A stretch of 32,000 nt of DNA from Deltaproteobacteria bacterium (GCA_021777225.1 JAJYDQ010000037.1:2006-34005); one strand, 5' to 3'; numbered from the stretch's first letter, positions 1 through 8,434 are shown. Program-made: numbers and translations. The notes: generated from the letters alone by a model not told the origin.

Positions 1-78
1 GACCCAATTTATAAATACCTCCCTTGACACCACTATGCCTGATTCATACCTAATTAAAGTTAAATGAAATAGGGAATT

Positions 79-112
79 AACTTATTAAATTATCGTGTGA
101 CTTTAATAAGTT
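79..112. repeat. Perfect inverted repeat with 11-bp arms, AACTTATTAAA-N12-TTTAATAAGTT, overlapping the first possible start codon of the methyltransferase ORF
   Basis: Read directly: 79-89 and 102-112 are exact reverse complements. It is AT-rich with no trailing T-tract, so operator-like or RNA-hairpin-like rather than a terminator. Confidence 0.5.
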
Positions 113-959
113 GGATAAGTATGCGCGATCCGGTATAATACCCCCTCATGAACTTCAATCGATACCGGAATCCGTCAAGGTATGGCTTATTTATATGTCC
201 AAGGAGCGTCGCCTGCCATCCATAGAAATCAAAAAGAGATTTGAAACCAAGCTCAAGTATGCTCATTTCGCAAGAATACGGGAATCTCTTCAGCAGATTG
301 CGGTAACGGCGCCGGGATCACAAATCAAAGTAGTAGATATGGCCTGTGGCCCAGGCAATATGGCTCTGTTTTGTGACGATGTCTCTGCGATGGAGTGGTT
401 CGGACTCGAACTGTGGCCGAATGAATTGAGGCAAGCCACCGACACCGGCGCTTATATTGGATTGGTTCAGGCGAATCTCGTGGAACGATTACCTCTTAAA
501 AAACAAACTGCCGACGCGATTGTGCTCAATGAAATCCTTATGTACCTCCAAAACTCCGCAGAACTCTTGTCAGAGTTGTTTGATATTATCAAACCCTCGG
601 GCATGTTATACGTTTACAACCCAATTTACACAGTCCCTACGTTGTTCTCCACACTTAAAAAGATCGGTAGACGGATCCGCTTGTCTGATGAAGCCGTGTC
701 TTTTGATTCTCAATACGACTGGAAAAAGTCTTCAAGAGCTTCCAGAATAAATTTTTATTCTTTTGATTCTTTGGTCACAGAGATTCAAGACGCAGGATTC
801 AATATCCTTGAAACAACAGGGTTCCGGATTTTTCGTAATCGCATCCGTTTAATGCGTGAACTTGAGAATTTCCACTGGTATAGGGAAATCACGAAAAAAT
901 TTGCCGATCGCAATCCCCGGTTGGCCTCGGATATTTTGGTAATCGCGCGAAAACCATAG
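111..959 (+). CDS. Class I SAM-dependent methyltransferase
   Basis: 282-codon ORF. Motif I VVDMACGPGNMA, later AIVLNEILMYL and LKPSGMLYVYNP are typical of the Rossmann-fold MTase. Start is uncertain: TTG 111 lies inside the inverted repeat, there is an in-frame ATG at 195, and neither has a clear SD. Confidence 0.6.
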   Translation: MDKYARSGIIPPHELQSIPESVKVWLIYMSKERRLPSIEIKKRFETKLKYAHFARIRESLQQIAVTAPGSQIKVVDMACGPGNMALFCDDVSAMEWFGLELWPNELRQATDTGAYIGLVQANLVERLPLKKQTADAIVLNEILMYLQNSAELLSELFDIIKPSGMLYVYNPIYTVPTLFSTLKKIGRRIRLSDEAVSFDSQYDWKKSSRASRINFYSFDSLVTEIQDAGFNILETTGFRIFRNRIRLMRELENFHWYREITKKFADRNPRLASDILVIARKP

Positions 960-980
960 GCCAAGTTGGTCCATTTGGCC
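959..980. terminator. Possible bidirectional hairpin between convergent genes (GGCCAA-N10-TTGGCC)
   Basis: A 6-bp GC-rich stem read directly, lying between the stop at 959 (+) and the stop at 989 (-). A short T-run follows only on the minus strand (GGTTTTCG). Confidence 0.3.
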
Positions 981-988
981 AATAGTGT

Positions 989-1204
989 TCAAGAAATAGA
1001 GAACCTGCAGGAATCGCCTTCACATGTTCCCTTGATGGTTGGGTCCACCGCTGAGAGAGCGTCAATAGCGTCGGAATTCACTATATCTATGTAATCAGGA
1101 TTTGCTGCGAGATACTCTCCAGAGTCAGCAGCCTCCAAAATGTTCTTGATTAACCCAAGCGTTTGTCTTAGCGCGTCGAATAAAATTTTTTCGTTAACAG
1201 TCAT
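989..1204 (-). CDS. Small acidic hypothetical protein (71 aa)
   Basis: ORF with TGGAG about 10 nt upstream of ATG 1204. It directly follows the Zn-ribbon ORF on the same strand. No recognisable family. Confidence 0.4.
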   Translation of the reverse strand: MTVNEKILFDALRQTLGLIKNILEAADSGEYLAANPDYIDIVNSDAIDALSAVDPTIKGTCEGDSCRFSIS

Positions 1205-1250
1205 TTTGAAAGGGCTCCATTAGTCGGTCAATCCATGTCTCCAAATGGGA

Positions 1251-1490
1251 TCACTGAATGATGTCGCAAATTCTCTGATATTCGAGGTAATCCAACAATC
1301 CGGATTCACAGGTAGCCGGTAGGCGATAACCACATTTCCCACATTCGTATCCCACAAAATCACAATCCTCGATCCTAATGTTTCCATGTCCTATTTCATC
1401 ACCTAGAAAAACTATTTCGGAAGAAACTTTGGCCCCGTTGCAAACCTCAACTATCTTATCATTTCCACATTTCGGACATTTCCAATACAT
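1251..1490 (-). CDS. Four-cysteine zinc-ribbon protein (79 aa)
   Basis: Two CxxC pairs (CPKC near the N-terminus, CGKC near residue 50). AGGGGG SD about 9 nt upstream of ATG 1490. Confidence 0.5.
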   Translation of the reverse strand: MYWKCPKCGNDKIVEVCNGAKVSSEIVFLGDEIGHGNIRIEDCDFVGYECGKCGYRLPATCESGLLDYLEYQRICDIIQ

Positions 1491-1674
1491 TTCAGGCGGC
1501 CCCCTATAAGGGTACTTATATTTTCTAAAATCACACGTGGCGCTCTCGTCTTCTTTCTTTATGGTCCTTTTTGTCTTTGTTGTCCAGGAAAGTAAAAAGA
1601 GTTCGGTTCAAAGCATCGCGCCAAAGCTTTGTTGTGAAAAACCCTGAGCGCCTAGATCACATAACCGAGACGAG

Positions 1675-2886
1675 TTATCTAACCATTGAGTCCAGGACGC
1701 TTACAACATGTTCAGCAAACTTCTCGTCATTGATATGCGCCTCAATTTCAATGATCTCGACTCGTGGATCGAGTCTAGTTTTAAGCTCCGAAACAAATAT
1801 CTGATCGGCATTCTTATCATGCAAAGGAGCCCCTTCAGCGTCTGCTTCCGAGAATCCCCCCATCGGAATGACCACCTTGGTAGGACCCTTCGACCGGTTT
1901 AACTTTTCCGAAATTATTGCCGCAAGTCTGACCATGTCCTCAGTCGATGTCCTGACGCCGGACCTGAAATCGTACCAAAAAACGGCGCGGTCACGGAGAT
2001 GAGTCGGCATCGTTTCTCTTGAGTTAAATTCCAATACTATACAATCAAGACCTCCAGGGACCACCACTTGGGGCAAGCCTAAGCGCCCGGCGGTTTCTAG
2101 TCGGCTCGGCCCAATGTCTCCGCAATAACCCCCATACAAATAGTCGGAGAATTCATGAAGCGCTAAGTCCACGACCACATTGATAATTCCCTGTTCTATT
2201 AAGTCCTCCATGGCCATGCCACCTGTGCCATTGGCGTGGAATGGGGCAACTTCGTAGCCTTTTTGTTCAAGCTTGGCTTTGACATGCATGGCTCCCTCTG
2301 TGATGAAGCCAAAAGATGTCAACCCTACAATGGGTTTTTCAGAGTCAATCCTTCGGGAATCGAAAGCCATGCCCGCCATGGCTGCAACCGCATTGGAAAG
2401 TATCTTCCTGCTAATAGGATTGAGCCCGAGAATATCAACAACGGAGTGCATTACCGTGATATCCTTGGTTCCAATTAGTTTGCTCATGTCTCGGGATGCG
2501 ACAGTGGACACCATAAGCTTCGGAACACCAAGCGGCAGACTTCTCATTACTCCTGTCCCGATGTGGGTCCCAGTTCCTCCTCCAATGGACACTATTCCAG
2601 ACAACCTACCGGCATTATGAAGTTTTTTAACTATTGAGGCCGCTCCGAGGATCATATTTTCTACAGCGAACCTCCTGTCGCCCCTTCGATATATCTCCTC
2701 TATGGTAGTGCCAGCAGCCAGAGCGACGTCTGTGCGTGAAATGTCAGATGGACACATTGGAGGACAAAGTGTTCCAACGTCGATCACTATCGTACGACAC
2801 GCGTGATGTGAGAGTTCATCCCTCATGAACTCCACCTCTTCTCCTTTTGTGTCCAATGTTCCGACTATTGCTACGATTGGGTTCAT
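1675..2886 (-). CDS. Tm-1-like / UPF0261 family putative ATP-binding protein, copy 1
   Basis: Motifs IVGTLDTKG, SIGGGTGTHIGTGVM and VVPGGLD. Clear paralog of the ORF at 11559-12806. The track ORF (to 2949) is trimmed to ATG 2886, which has GAGG 6 nt upstream and aligns with the start of the paralog. Confidence 0.75.
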   Translation of the reverse strand: MNPIVAIVGTLDTKGEEVEFMRDELSHHACRTIVIDVGTLCPPMCPSDISRTDVALAAGTTIEEIYRRGDRRFAVENMILGAASIVKKLHNAGRLSGIVSIGGGTGTHIGTGVMRSLPLGVPKLMVSTVASRDMSKLIGTKDITVMHSVVDILGLNPISRKILSNAVAAMAGMAFDSRRIDSEKPIVGLTSFGFITEGAMHVKAKLEQKGYEVAPFHANGTGGMAMEDLIEQGIINVVVDLALHEFSDYLYGGYCGDIGPSRLETAGRLGLPQVVVPGGLDCIVLEFNSRETMPTHLRDRAVFWYDFRSGVRTSTEDMVRLAAIISEKLNRSKGPTKVVIPMGGFSEADAEGAPLHDKNADQIFVSELKTRLDPRVEIIEIEAHINDEKFAEHVVSVLDSMVR

Positions 2887-2945
2887 CGAAACCTCACGCA
2901 TAAGGATTGTGAGCCAGACGGGTGCGAAATCCATGTTTTTAGTTC

Positions 2946-3866
2946 TCACTGTTTGGGGATTGTGTCTAGAGAATTCTCCTCTCGCTTCCTGATAGCTATT
3001 CTTAAGAACTTTCGGACTGGAGGCATCATGGGTTTTTCTCTAAGGACTACAATATCCGCTGGGAACTCAATGTTGCCTTCAACAAGGTCAATCTTTTTCA
3101 AGGCGCCTTTGGCAAGCTCTTCAGCCACCTCGTTAGCCATAACGAAAGAAATCCCCATGCGGCGTTCCACATAAGCCAGCATAAAACTTAAACTGCCTGA
3201 CTCTATGATAGCGGAAGGTTTAACATCGTGTTCCGCTAGCTTCTTCAGGATAGCATCACGAGAACCTGAACCTTTTTCACGTATTATCAGGAAGGCTTCG
3301 GAGAGGTTCTTAATGGAAACTCTGTCCTGTTGGGAAAACGGGTGGTCAGGCCTGGCTACTAATACCAATTCAACAATTGCAAAGGGAAACGACTTGAAGC
3401 AAGCGTCATAATTAGTTCTGGCGACAACAATCAAATCTTCTTTTCGATTCCTCAAACGGGCCAACAAGTCAAACGAGTTTCCCTCATTCAATTTCACCAG
3501 AATTTTGGGAAACTGATCCTGAAACCTTGAGACCAGTTCCGGCATTAGTGTTACCGCATAATCTTTGGTTGTTCCAATTCTCAAAACACCAGAACTTGGT
3601 CGCCTCGATTCATCAAGAAGAGACTCAATTTGCCCTAGCCGAGCAAATATAACCTTGCTCAACAAGAATATTGATTCCCCAACGTCTGTAAGCTTGTATT
3701 GGTTTCCTTCTCGATAGAACAATTTTACTGCGCATTCTTCCTGGAACCGCTGAATTTGTTGTGAGATCGCTGATTGACTGACGTTCATAATTTCAGCAGC
3801 GCGAGTCATGCTATGAAAGAGGCAGAAATGATAAAATGTTTCCAGGTGCTTCAGGTTGATTGCCAT
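2946..3866 (-). CDS. LysR-family transcriptional regulator 1
   Basis: N-terminal HTH MTRAAEIMNVSQSAISQQIQRFQEE followed by a LysR substrate-binding-type domain (IIREKGSGSR). Trimmed to ATG 3866 (MAINLKHLETF), the usual LysR N-terminus. Divergent from the ubiX operon. Confidence 0.85.
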   Translation of the reverse strand: MAINLKHLETFYHFCLFHSMTRAAEIMNVSQSAISQQIQRFQEECAVKLFYREGNQYKLTDVGESIFLLSKVIFARLGQIESLLDESRRPSSGVLRIGTTKDYAVTLMPELVSRFQDQFPKILVKLNEGNSFDLLARLRNRKEDLIVVARTNYDACFKSFPFAIVELVLVARPDHPFSQQDRVSIKNLSEAFLIIREKGSGSRDAILKKLAEHDVKPSAIIESGSLSFMLAYVERRMGISFVMANEVAEELAKGALKKIDLVEGNIEFPADIVVLREKPMMPPVRKFLRIAIRKREENSLDTIPKQ

Positions 3867-3894
3867 ACCGGAACCCCGCTTTGCCAGAGTATAG

Positions 3895-3911
3895 TATAAG
3901 ACAGACTTATA
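3895..3911. promoter_or_regulatory. LysR-type operator (T-N11-A dyad) TATAAG-acaga-CTTATA
   Basis: Perfect 6-5-6 palindrome read directly. It contains the T-N11-A LysR box, lies between lysR1 and the ubiX operon, and has arms identical to the site at 15150-15166. Confidence 0.55.
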
Positions 3912-3931
3912 AACATATAACTTTTTCTGTC

Positions 3932-3961
3932 TTGACTTGACAGCCACAAAAAGTTGATAAT
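3932..3961 (+). promoter_or_regulatory. Candidate sigma70-type promoter for the ubiX operon (TTGACT-N18-GATAAT)
   Basis: Hexamers read directly. The -35 starts exactly 20 nt after the LysR box, the same spacing as at the second locus. It would place the box near -65, the classical LysR activation position. Confidence 0.35.
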
Positions 3962-4292
3962 TTTGGTCATGTAAGACACTTGCGGAAATGGCACGAGATC
4001 TGAAGTCCCTGGTTACGTCATAGACGTCTGGGGCATAAGTTTTATTGTTTCCTCCGATGTTGATTCATGCCATTTTTATGAGATTGTGTAGGCCTTGCGA
4101 TCTTGATTTTACACTTCCCAACGACTCATGACGGAAAGCATGAGAACCAAAATTGGCGAACCTTTAGCCTGTCGGTTCATTATTGTTTTTGTCGGGCGAA
4201 CAATGCTGCGACGAAGCATCAGCAGCACATTCTCAACGTAGACAGACCATATTAACAAACCTGATTCGACCTGATTGCTGGAAAGGCATGTA

Positions 4293-4856
4293 GTGAAGAG
4301 AATTGTTGTCGGCATAAGCGGAGCAAGTGGAACCATCTACGGGGTTCGCTTGCTAGAAGTTTTAAATCAACTTGATGGCATCGAGACTCATTTGATTCTT
4401 TCGCGGGGAGCAAGGGTTACAATGGAACATGAGACTTCGATCAGACCAGAAGCCCTGGAAAGACTAGCTCATGTATCTCACTCCCCTGACAATCTTGCAG
4501 CTTGTATTTCAAGTGGATCTTTCAAGACTCACGGTATGGTAGTAGCTCCTTGCTCAATGAAAAGCCTATCTATGATCGCCAACTCTATAGATGATAACCT
4601 TTTGATTCGATCAGCCGATGTAACCTTAAAGGAAAGAAGAAAACTTATTTTGATTGTCCGGGAAACCCCTCTCCATCTCGGCCATCTCCGTCAGATGACC
4701 GCCGTGACAGAGATGGGCGCGATAATATTGCCACCTGTCCCATCTTTCTACCACAAGCCAAAGACAATAGAGGATATTGTGGATCAGACGATAGGCAAGG
4801 CTTTAGATCAATTGGACATTGACCATTATCTGTTCCAACGCTGGTCAGGAGGATGA
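4293..4856 (+). CDS. ubiX: Flavin prenyltransferase UbiX (prFMN synthase)
   Basis: MKRIVVGISGASG N-terminus, CSMKSLSMIANS and LKERRKLILIVRETPLH are hallmark UbiX/Pad1 motifs. GTG 4293 is preferred over TTG 4275 because GGAAAGG lies 6 nt upstream. Confidence 0.9.
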   Translation: MKRIVVGISGASGTIYGVRLLEVLNQLDGIETHLILSRGARVTMEHETSIRPEALERLAHVSHSPDNLAACISSGSFKTHGMVVAPCSMKSLSMIANSIDDNLLIRSADVTLKERRKLILIVRETPLHLGHLRQMTAVTEMGAIILPPVPSFYHKPKTIEDIVDQTIGKALDQLDIDHYLFQRWSGG

Positions 4857-5365
4857 AAAAAGAAGAGCTTGAGAAAATAATTATCAACCTACTGGACTCA
4901 TCCACAACAATGACATTAAGCTGCACTTTATCGGATGAACCATGGGTGTGTTCAGTATTTTACGCTCGGCAAGGATTCGACCTCGTTTTTTTTTCGTCAC
5001 GGAATTCCAGACACTCTAAAGTTTTCAAGGAGAATCGTCGAGCCGCAGCATCAATTTATAAAGACTGCGATAGTTGGAGAGATATCAGAGGATTACAGAT
5101 AGAAGGTCGGGTAGACATTTTAACTAAAATACCAGCGGTGGCTAAGGGTACGGTAACTTATTTTAGGAAATATCCATTTGCAAGGGAGTTTTTCAAAGCA
5201 GGTTCAATTTTGTCTGATGGACTTGCGGGAAAAATGAGTGCCGTCGCTCTGTATGTTTTCCGACCGTCAAGCATATGGTACCTCAATAATCTGGATGGCT
5301 TGGGCGTTAGGTGGAAGCTAGATATACGCAACGGGCTGGCAGTTGACCCACCTGTTCAGGCCTGA
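4853..5365 (+). CDS. Pyridoxamine 5'-phosphate oxidase-like (split-barrel) FMN-binding protein
   Basis: 170 aa. The pattern TMTLSCT..DEPWVCSVFYA..DLVFFSS.NSRHSKVF.EN..AAASIY is typical of the PNPOx-like family. Its ATG overlaps the ubiX stop (GGAGGATGA), indicating translational coupling. Confidence 0.7.
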   Translation: MKKEELEKIIINLLDSSTTMTLSCTLSDEPWVCSVFYARQGFDLVFFSSRNSRHSKVFKENRRAAASIYKDCDSWRDIRGLQIEGRVDILTKIPAVAKGTVTYFRKYPFAREFFKAGSILSDGLAGKMSAVALYVFRPSSIWYLNNLDGLGVRWKLDIRNGLAVDPPVQA

Positions 5366-5454
5366 CCTTTAGGATTGATCATGATGCGTGGTCGTTTCAT
5401 GAAACGAAGGACGTGTAATATCGAATCATTAAGGAAGACAGAGGAGGATCAAAC

Positions 5455-7287
5455 ATGGCCGCGATGAATTTTCCGAATCCCCATGAGGCGGAGAGGATCC
5501 CAGGCACTGAAGGCTGGGAAAGAATGTATCCGTATCACTACCAGTATACTACTGATGATCCGGATCGGAAAAAATACGAAGAAAACATGTTTTGGTTTTA
5601 TGACGGGTTGCACTACCCAGAACCGATGTATCCTTTTGATATAATATGGGATGAAGCTTGGTTCCTGGCGTTATCCCAGTTCAACACCAGAATTTTTATA
5701 GTTCCTCCCGCCCTTGGTATCGATCACCGTATTCACAACGGTTATATTTACATAACCCCATTACCCGTCGCCGATCCTTCAGACATACCGAAGAGAGCCG
5801 AACTTTTCATGAAACGCGCCGGGTATTATTACCAAAACTGGGATCGATTGCATGACAACTGGGAAGCCAAGATGCGAGGTATTATTGAGCGTTTGGCTGA
5901 TTTGAAGATCCCGGAACTCCCCGAAATGGAAGAGGAGTCAGTGGTTACGGAGGGAATTGGAGTTTCAACGGGATACAAGCTACTCAAAGCTTACGATGAA
6001 CTTATCGACCTCGGAATCCTGGCATGGCAGTATCATTTTGAATTCCTTAACCTTGGATATGCCGCCTACGTAGTGTTCGTTGATTTTTGTCAGAAGGCTT
6101 TTCCGGACATCCCACTTCAACGGATAACCCAAATGGTGGGAGGCATAGATGTCATAATTTATAGGCCTGACGAGGAACTCAAGAAACTTGCAAAGCTAGC
6201 GATAGATCTCAAAGTTGATGAGATTGCCATGAAAGGTTCTGCAGCCGTTATCCTGAAAGAAATGGCAGCTTCTGAAAATGGAAGAAAATGGCTGGAGGCC
6301 CTTGAAACAGCTCGGCAACCATGGTTTTACGTTTCCACGGGCACAGGATGGTACCACCACGACAAGTCATGGAATGACGATCTTGATATCCCTTTATCAT
6401 CTATGGGTATTTACATTGAAAAGTTACGAAAAGGAGAAAACATAGACAGGCCCACCAAGGCCATTATCGCTGAAAGGGACCGACTGGCTTCCGAGTACAG
6501 GGCATTGCTCAAGACGGAGGCTGATATACAAACCTTCGATCAACTGCTTGGGACCTCCAGAACCGTTTTCCCATACGTGGAAAATCACCTCTTTTACGTT
6601 GAACATTGGTTTCATAGCCTTTTTTGGAACAAGATAAGGGAAGTATCGAAGATATTGGTTGATTTCAAATTTATAGAAGATGTTGAGGACATTTGGTATT
6701 TGAAGAGGTCCGAAATTAAGGATGCTCTTTGGGACGTGGTTACCGGTTGGGCTACCGGTAGCAATCCGAGGGGCCCGTTGGTATGGCCCAAGGAGGTGGC
6801 CTGGCGCAAAGAGGTCATGGCCAAGTTCCGTGAGTGGACACCGCCGGATGGTATGGGAACCATTCCGGAAACAATTAATGAGCCTTTTACGATTGTTCTC
6901 TGGGGTATTACATCCGAATCGATGTCTCATTGGGCTAAACTCAAGAGTATATCCGAAGGTGATCTGACGAAGATATACGGCTTTCCTGGTTCCCCTGGAG
7001 TGGTGGAAGGTAAGGTTCGCGTATGCCGCACAGTCAAAGAGGTGGGACAACTTCAGGAAGGGGAAATACTAGTCGCTCCTACAACTTCTCCTAGCTGGGC
7101 TCCGGCCTTCCAAAAAATCAAGGCTGCCATTACTGATGTTGGAGGGGTTATGTGCCATGCGGCTATAGTCTGTCGCGAGTATGGCCTTCCGGCCATCGTG
7201 GGAACAGGATCTGCGACATCGAGGCTGAAAACCGGCCAAAGAATAAGGCTTGATGGCTCCAAAGGTGAAATCAACATAATCGACTAG
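5455..7287 (+). CDS. ppsA: PEP-utilizing enzyme, phenylphosphate synthase alpha (PpsA)-like subunit with phospho-histidine swivel domain
   Basis: 610 aa. C-terminal mobile domain GSPGVVEGKVRV...LVAPTTSPSWAP...GGVMCHAAIVCREYGLPAIVG carries the catalytic His. The N-terminus (GTEGWERMYPYHYQ, FWFYDGLHYPEPMYPFD) matches my recollection of PpsA-type proteins. GAGGAGG SD lies 7 nt upstream. Confidence 0.8.
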   Translation: MAAMNFPNPHEAERIPGTEGWERMYPYHYQYTTDDPDRKKYEENMFWFYDGLHYPEPMYPFDIIWDEAWFLALSQFNTRIFIVPPALGIDHRIHNGYIYITPLPVADPSDIPKRAELFMKRAGYYYQNWDRLHDNWEAKMRGIIERLADLKIPELPEMEEESVVTEGIGVSTGYKLLKAYDELIDLGILAWQYHFEFLNLGYAAYVVFVDFCQKAFPDIPLQRITQMVGGIDVIIYRPDEELKKLAKLAIDLKVDEIAMKGSAAVILKEMAASENGRKWLEALETARQPWFYVSTGTGWYHHDKSWNDDLDIPLSSMGIYIEKLRKGENIDRPTKAIIAERDRLASEYRALLKTEADIQTFDQLLGTSRTVFPYVENHLFYVEHWFHSLFWNKIREVSKILVDFKFIEDVEDIWYLKRSEIKDALWDVVTGWATGSNPRGPLVWPKEVAWRKEVMAKFREWTPPDGMGTIPETINEPFTIVLWGITSESMSHWAKLKSISEGDLTKIYGFPGSPGVVEGKVRVCRTVKEVGQLQEGEILVAPTTSPSWAPAFQKIKAAITDVGGVMCHAAIVCREYGLPAIVGTGSATSRLKTGQRIRLDGSKGEINIID

Positions 7288-7317
7288 ATATTTGTCGTAA
7301 TACTATAGGAGTCCGCG

Positions 7318-8397
7318 ATGGACACATCAGGGTATGTGATTCCCTTTGAAAATTGCGATAACAGCATGGTGGGCATCGTAGGAGGAAAATGCGCCAGTCT
7401 GGGGGAACTAATGAAGGCCAGAATCCCGGTTCCCCCGGGCTTTGCTATCACAACCGCCGCATATGAACAATTCCTCAATGACAATGACCTGAAAAAAAAG
7501 ATTATCAATCGTCTGACCAATCTAAATGATGAGGACCTTTCTAAACTAGAAGAAGCGTCAAAAGATATCCGAAGCTGGATTGAGGCCGGAACGATAAACG
7601 AAACATTGGAAGACATCATCGCTTCGCATTACCGCCTCCTGTCCCGCCGTTCCCGCATACCGGCACTGCCGGTTGCGGTTCGATCTTCAGCAACAGCGGA
7701 AGATCTTCCTGGCGCCAGCTTTGCCGGCCAACAGGACACTTTCCTTTGGATAAGGGGAGTGGATCAGTTGCTCGACAGAACAAAAAGGTGCTGGTCCAGC
7801 CTGTTCACACCCAGAGCAATCGCTTACAGAATAAAAATGGGATTTGATCATTCCGTGGTGCTTATTAGCGTTGCGATCCAGAAGATGGTCAGATCGTTTA
7901 CGGCAGGAGTTATGTTTACACTGAATCCAGCCACGGGTGATAGGGCTACAGTAGTTATAGACTCGAACTACGGTTATGGGGAAAGTGTAGTGTCCGGGGA
8001 AGTAACGCCTGACCAGTTTCACGTGAACAAAATCACTATGGATGTTGTAAAGAAGACCGTTTCAGAGAAGAAGATTTATTACACGACGGACCCGGAATCC
8101 GATGAAGTTCTAAAACTCGATTTACATCCAGAACGACAAACATCACAGAGTCTTCTGGACGAAGAGATAATTCAGCTTGCCAAAGTCGGGAAAATTATTG
8201 AGCAACATTACGGGCGTCCTATGGATATAGAATGGGCCACAGAAAAGGGACTGCCCTACAAAGGGGAAATCTTTATTCTTCAGAGCCGCCCTGAAACCGT
8301 TTGGAGCCAAAAGGAGGCTAAACCGTTAGTAGAGCCCAAGGCTTCTGCGATCGAACAAATAATCGCTGGGCTGATCAAGGGACGAACCATTACATGA
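7318..8397 (+). CDS. ppsB: Pyruvate phosphate dikinase N-terminal (ATP-grasp) domain protein, phenylphosphate synthase beta (PpsB)-like
   Basis: 359 aa. VGGKCASLGEL, PVPPGFAITT, AVRSSATAEDLPGASFAGQQDT and DIEWA...ILQSRPET form the PPDK_N / PEP synthase ATP-binding module. AGGAG SD present. Confidence 0.85.
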   Translation: MDTSGYVIPFENCDNSMVGIVGGKCASLGELMKARIPVPPGFAITTAAYEQFLNDNDLKKKIINRLTNLNDEDLSKLEEASKDIRSWIEAGTINETLEDIIASHYRLLSRRSRIPALPVAVRSSATAEDLPGASFAGQQDTFLWIRGVDQLLDRTKRCWSSLFTPRAIAYRIKMGFDHSVVLISVAIQKMVRSFTAGVMFTLNPATGDRATVVIDSNYGYGESVVSGEVTPDQFHVNKITMDVVKKTVSEKKIYYTTDPESDEVLKLDLHPERQTSQSLLDEEIIQLAKVGKIIEQHYGRPMDIEWATEKGLPYKGEIFILQSRPETVWSQKEAKPLVEPKASAIEQIIAGLIKGRTIT

Positions 8398-8434
8398 GCG
8401 TCAAATAACCTAAGATAAGGAGATGTGGATTCGT

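Noticed and set aside
457-750. 97-aa plus-strand ORF in an alternative frame within the methyltransferase gene.
   Set aside because: It is completely nested in a gene with recognisable SAM-binding motifs and has no start signals.
4154-4168. Sigma54-like element TGGCGA-N5-TTAGC upstream of ubiX. Also TGGCAC at 3983-3988.
   Set aside because: The -12 element deviates from TTGC (TAGC). The 3983 site has no GC at the correct spacing. No enhancer-binding protein is encoded in the window. It is kept only as a note.
4109-4336. 75-aa minus-strand ORF spanning the lysR1-ubiX intergenic region and the ubiX start.
   Set aside because: It overlaps the ubiX start and SD, has no SD of its own, and shows no recognisable features.
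6424-7050. 208-aa ORF on the minus strand inside the PpsA-like gene. The same applies to 6612-6863, 7053-7277 and 7284-7619.
   Set aside because: It lies fully antisense to a gene with strong family motifs. It has no SD and an odd composition rich in R, P and G, so it is a shadow ORF.
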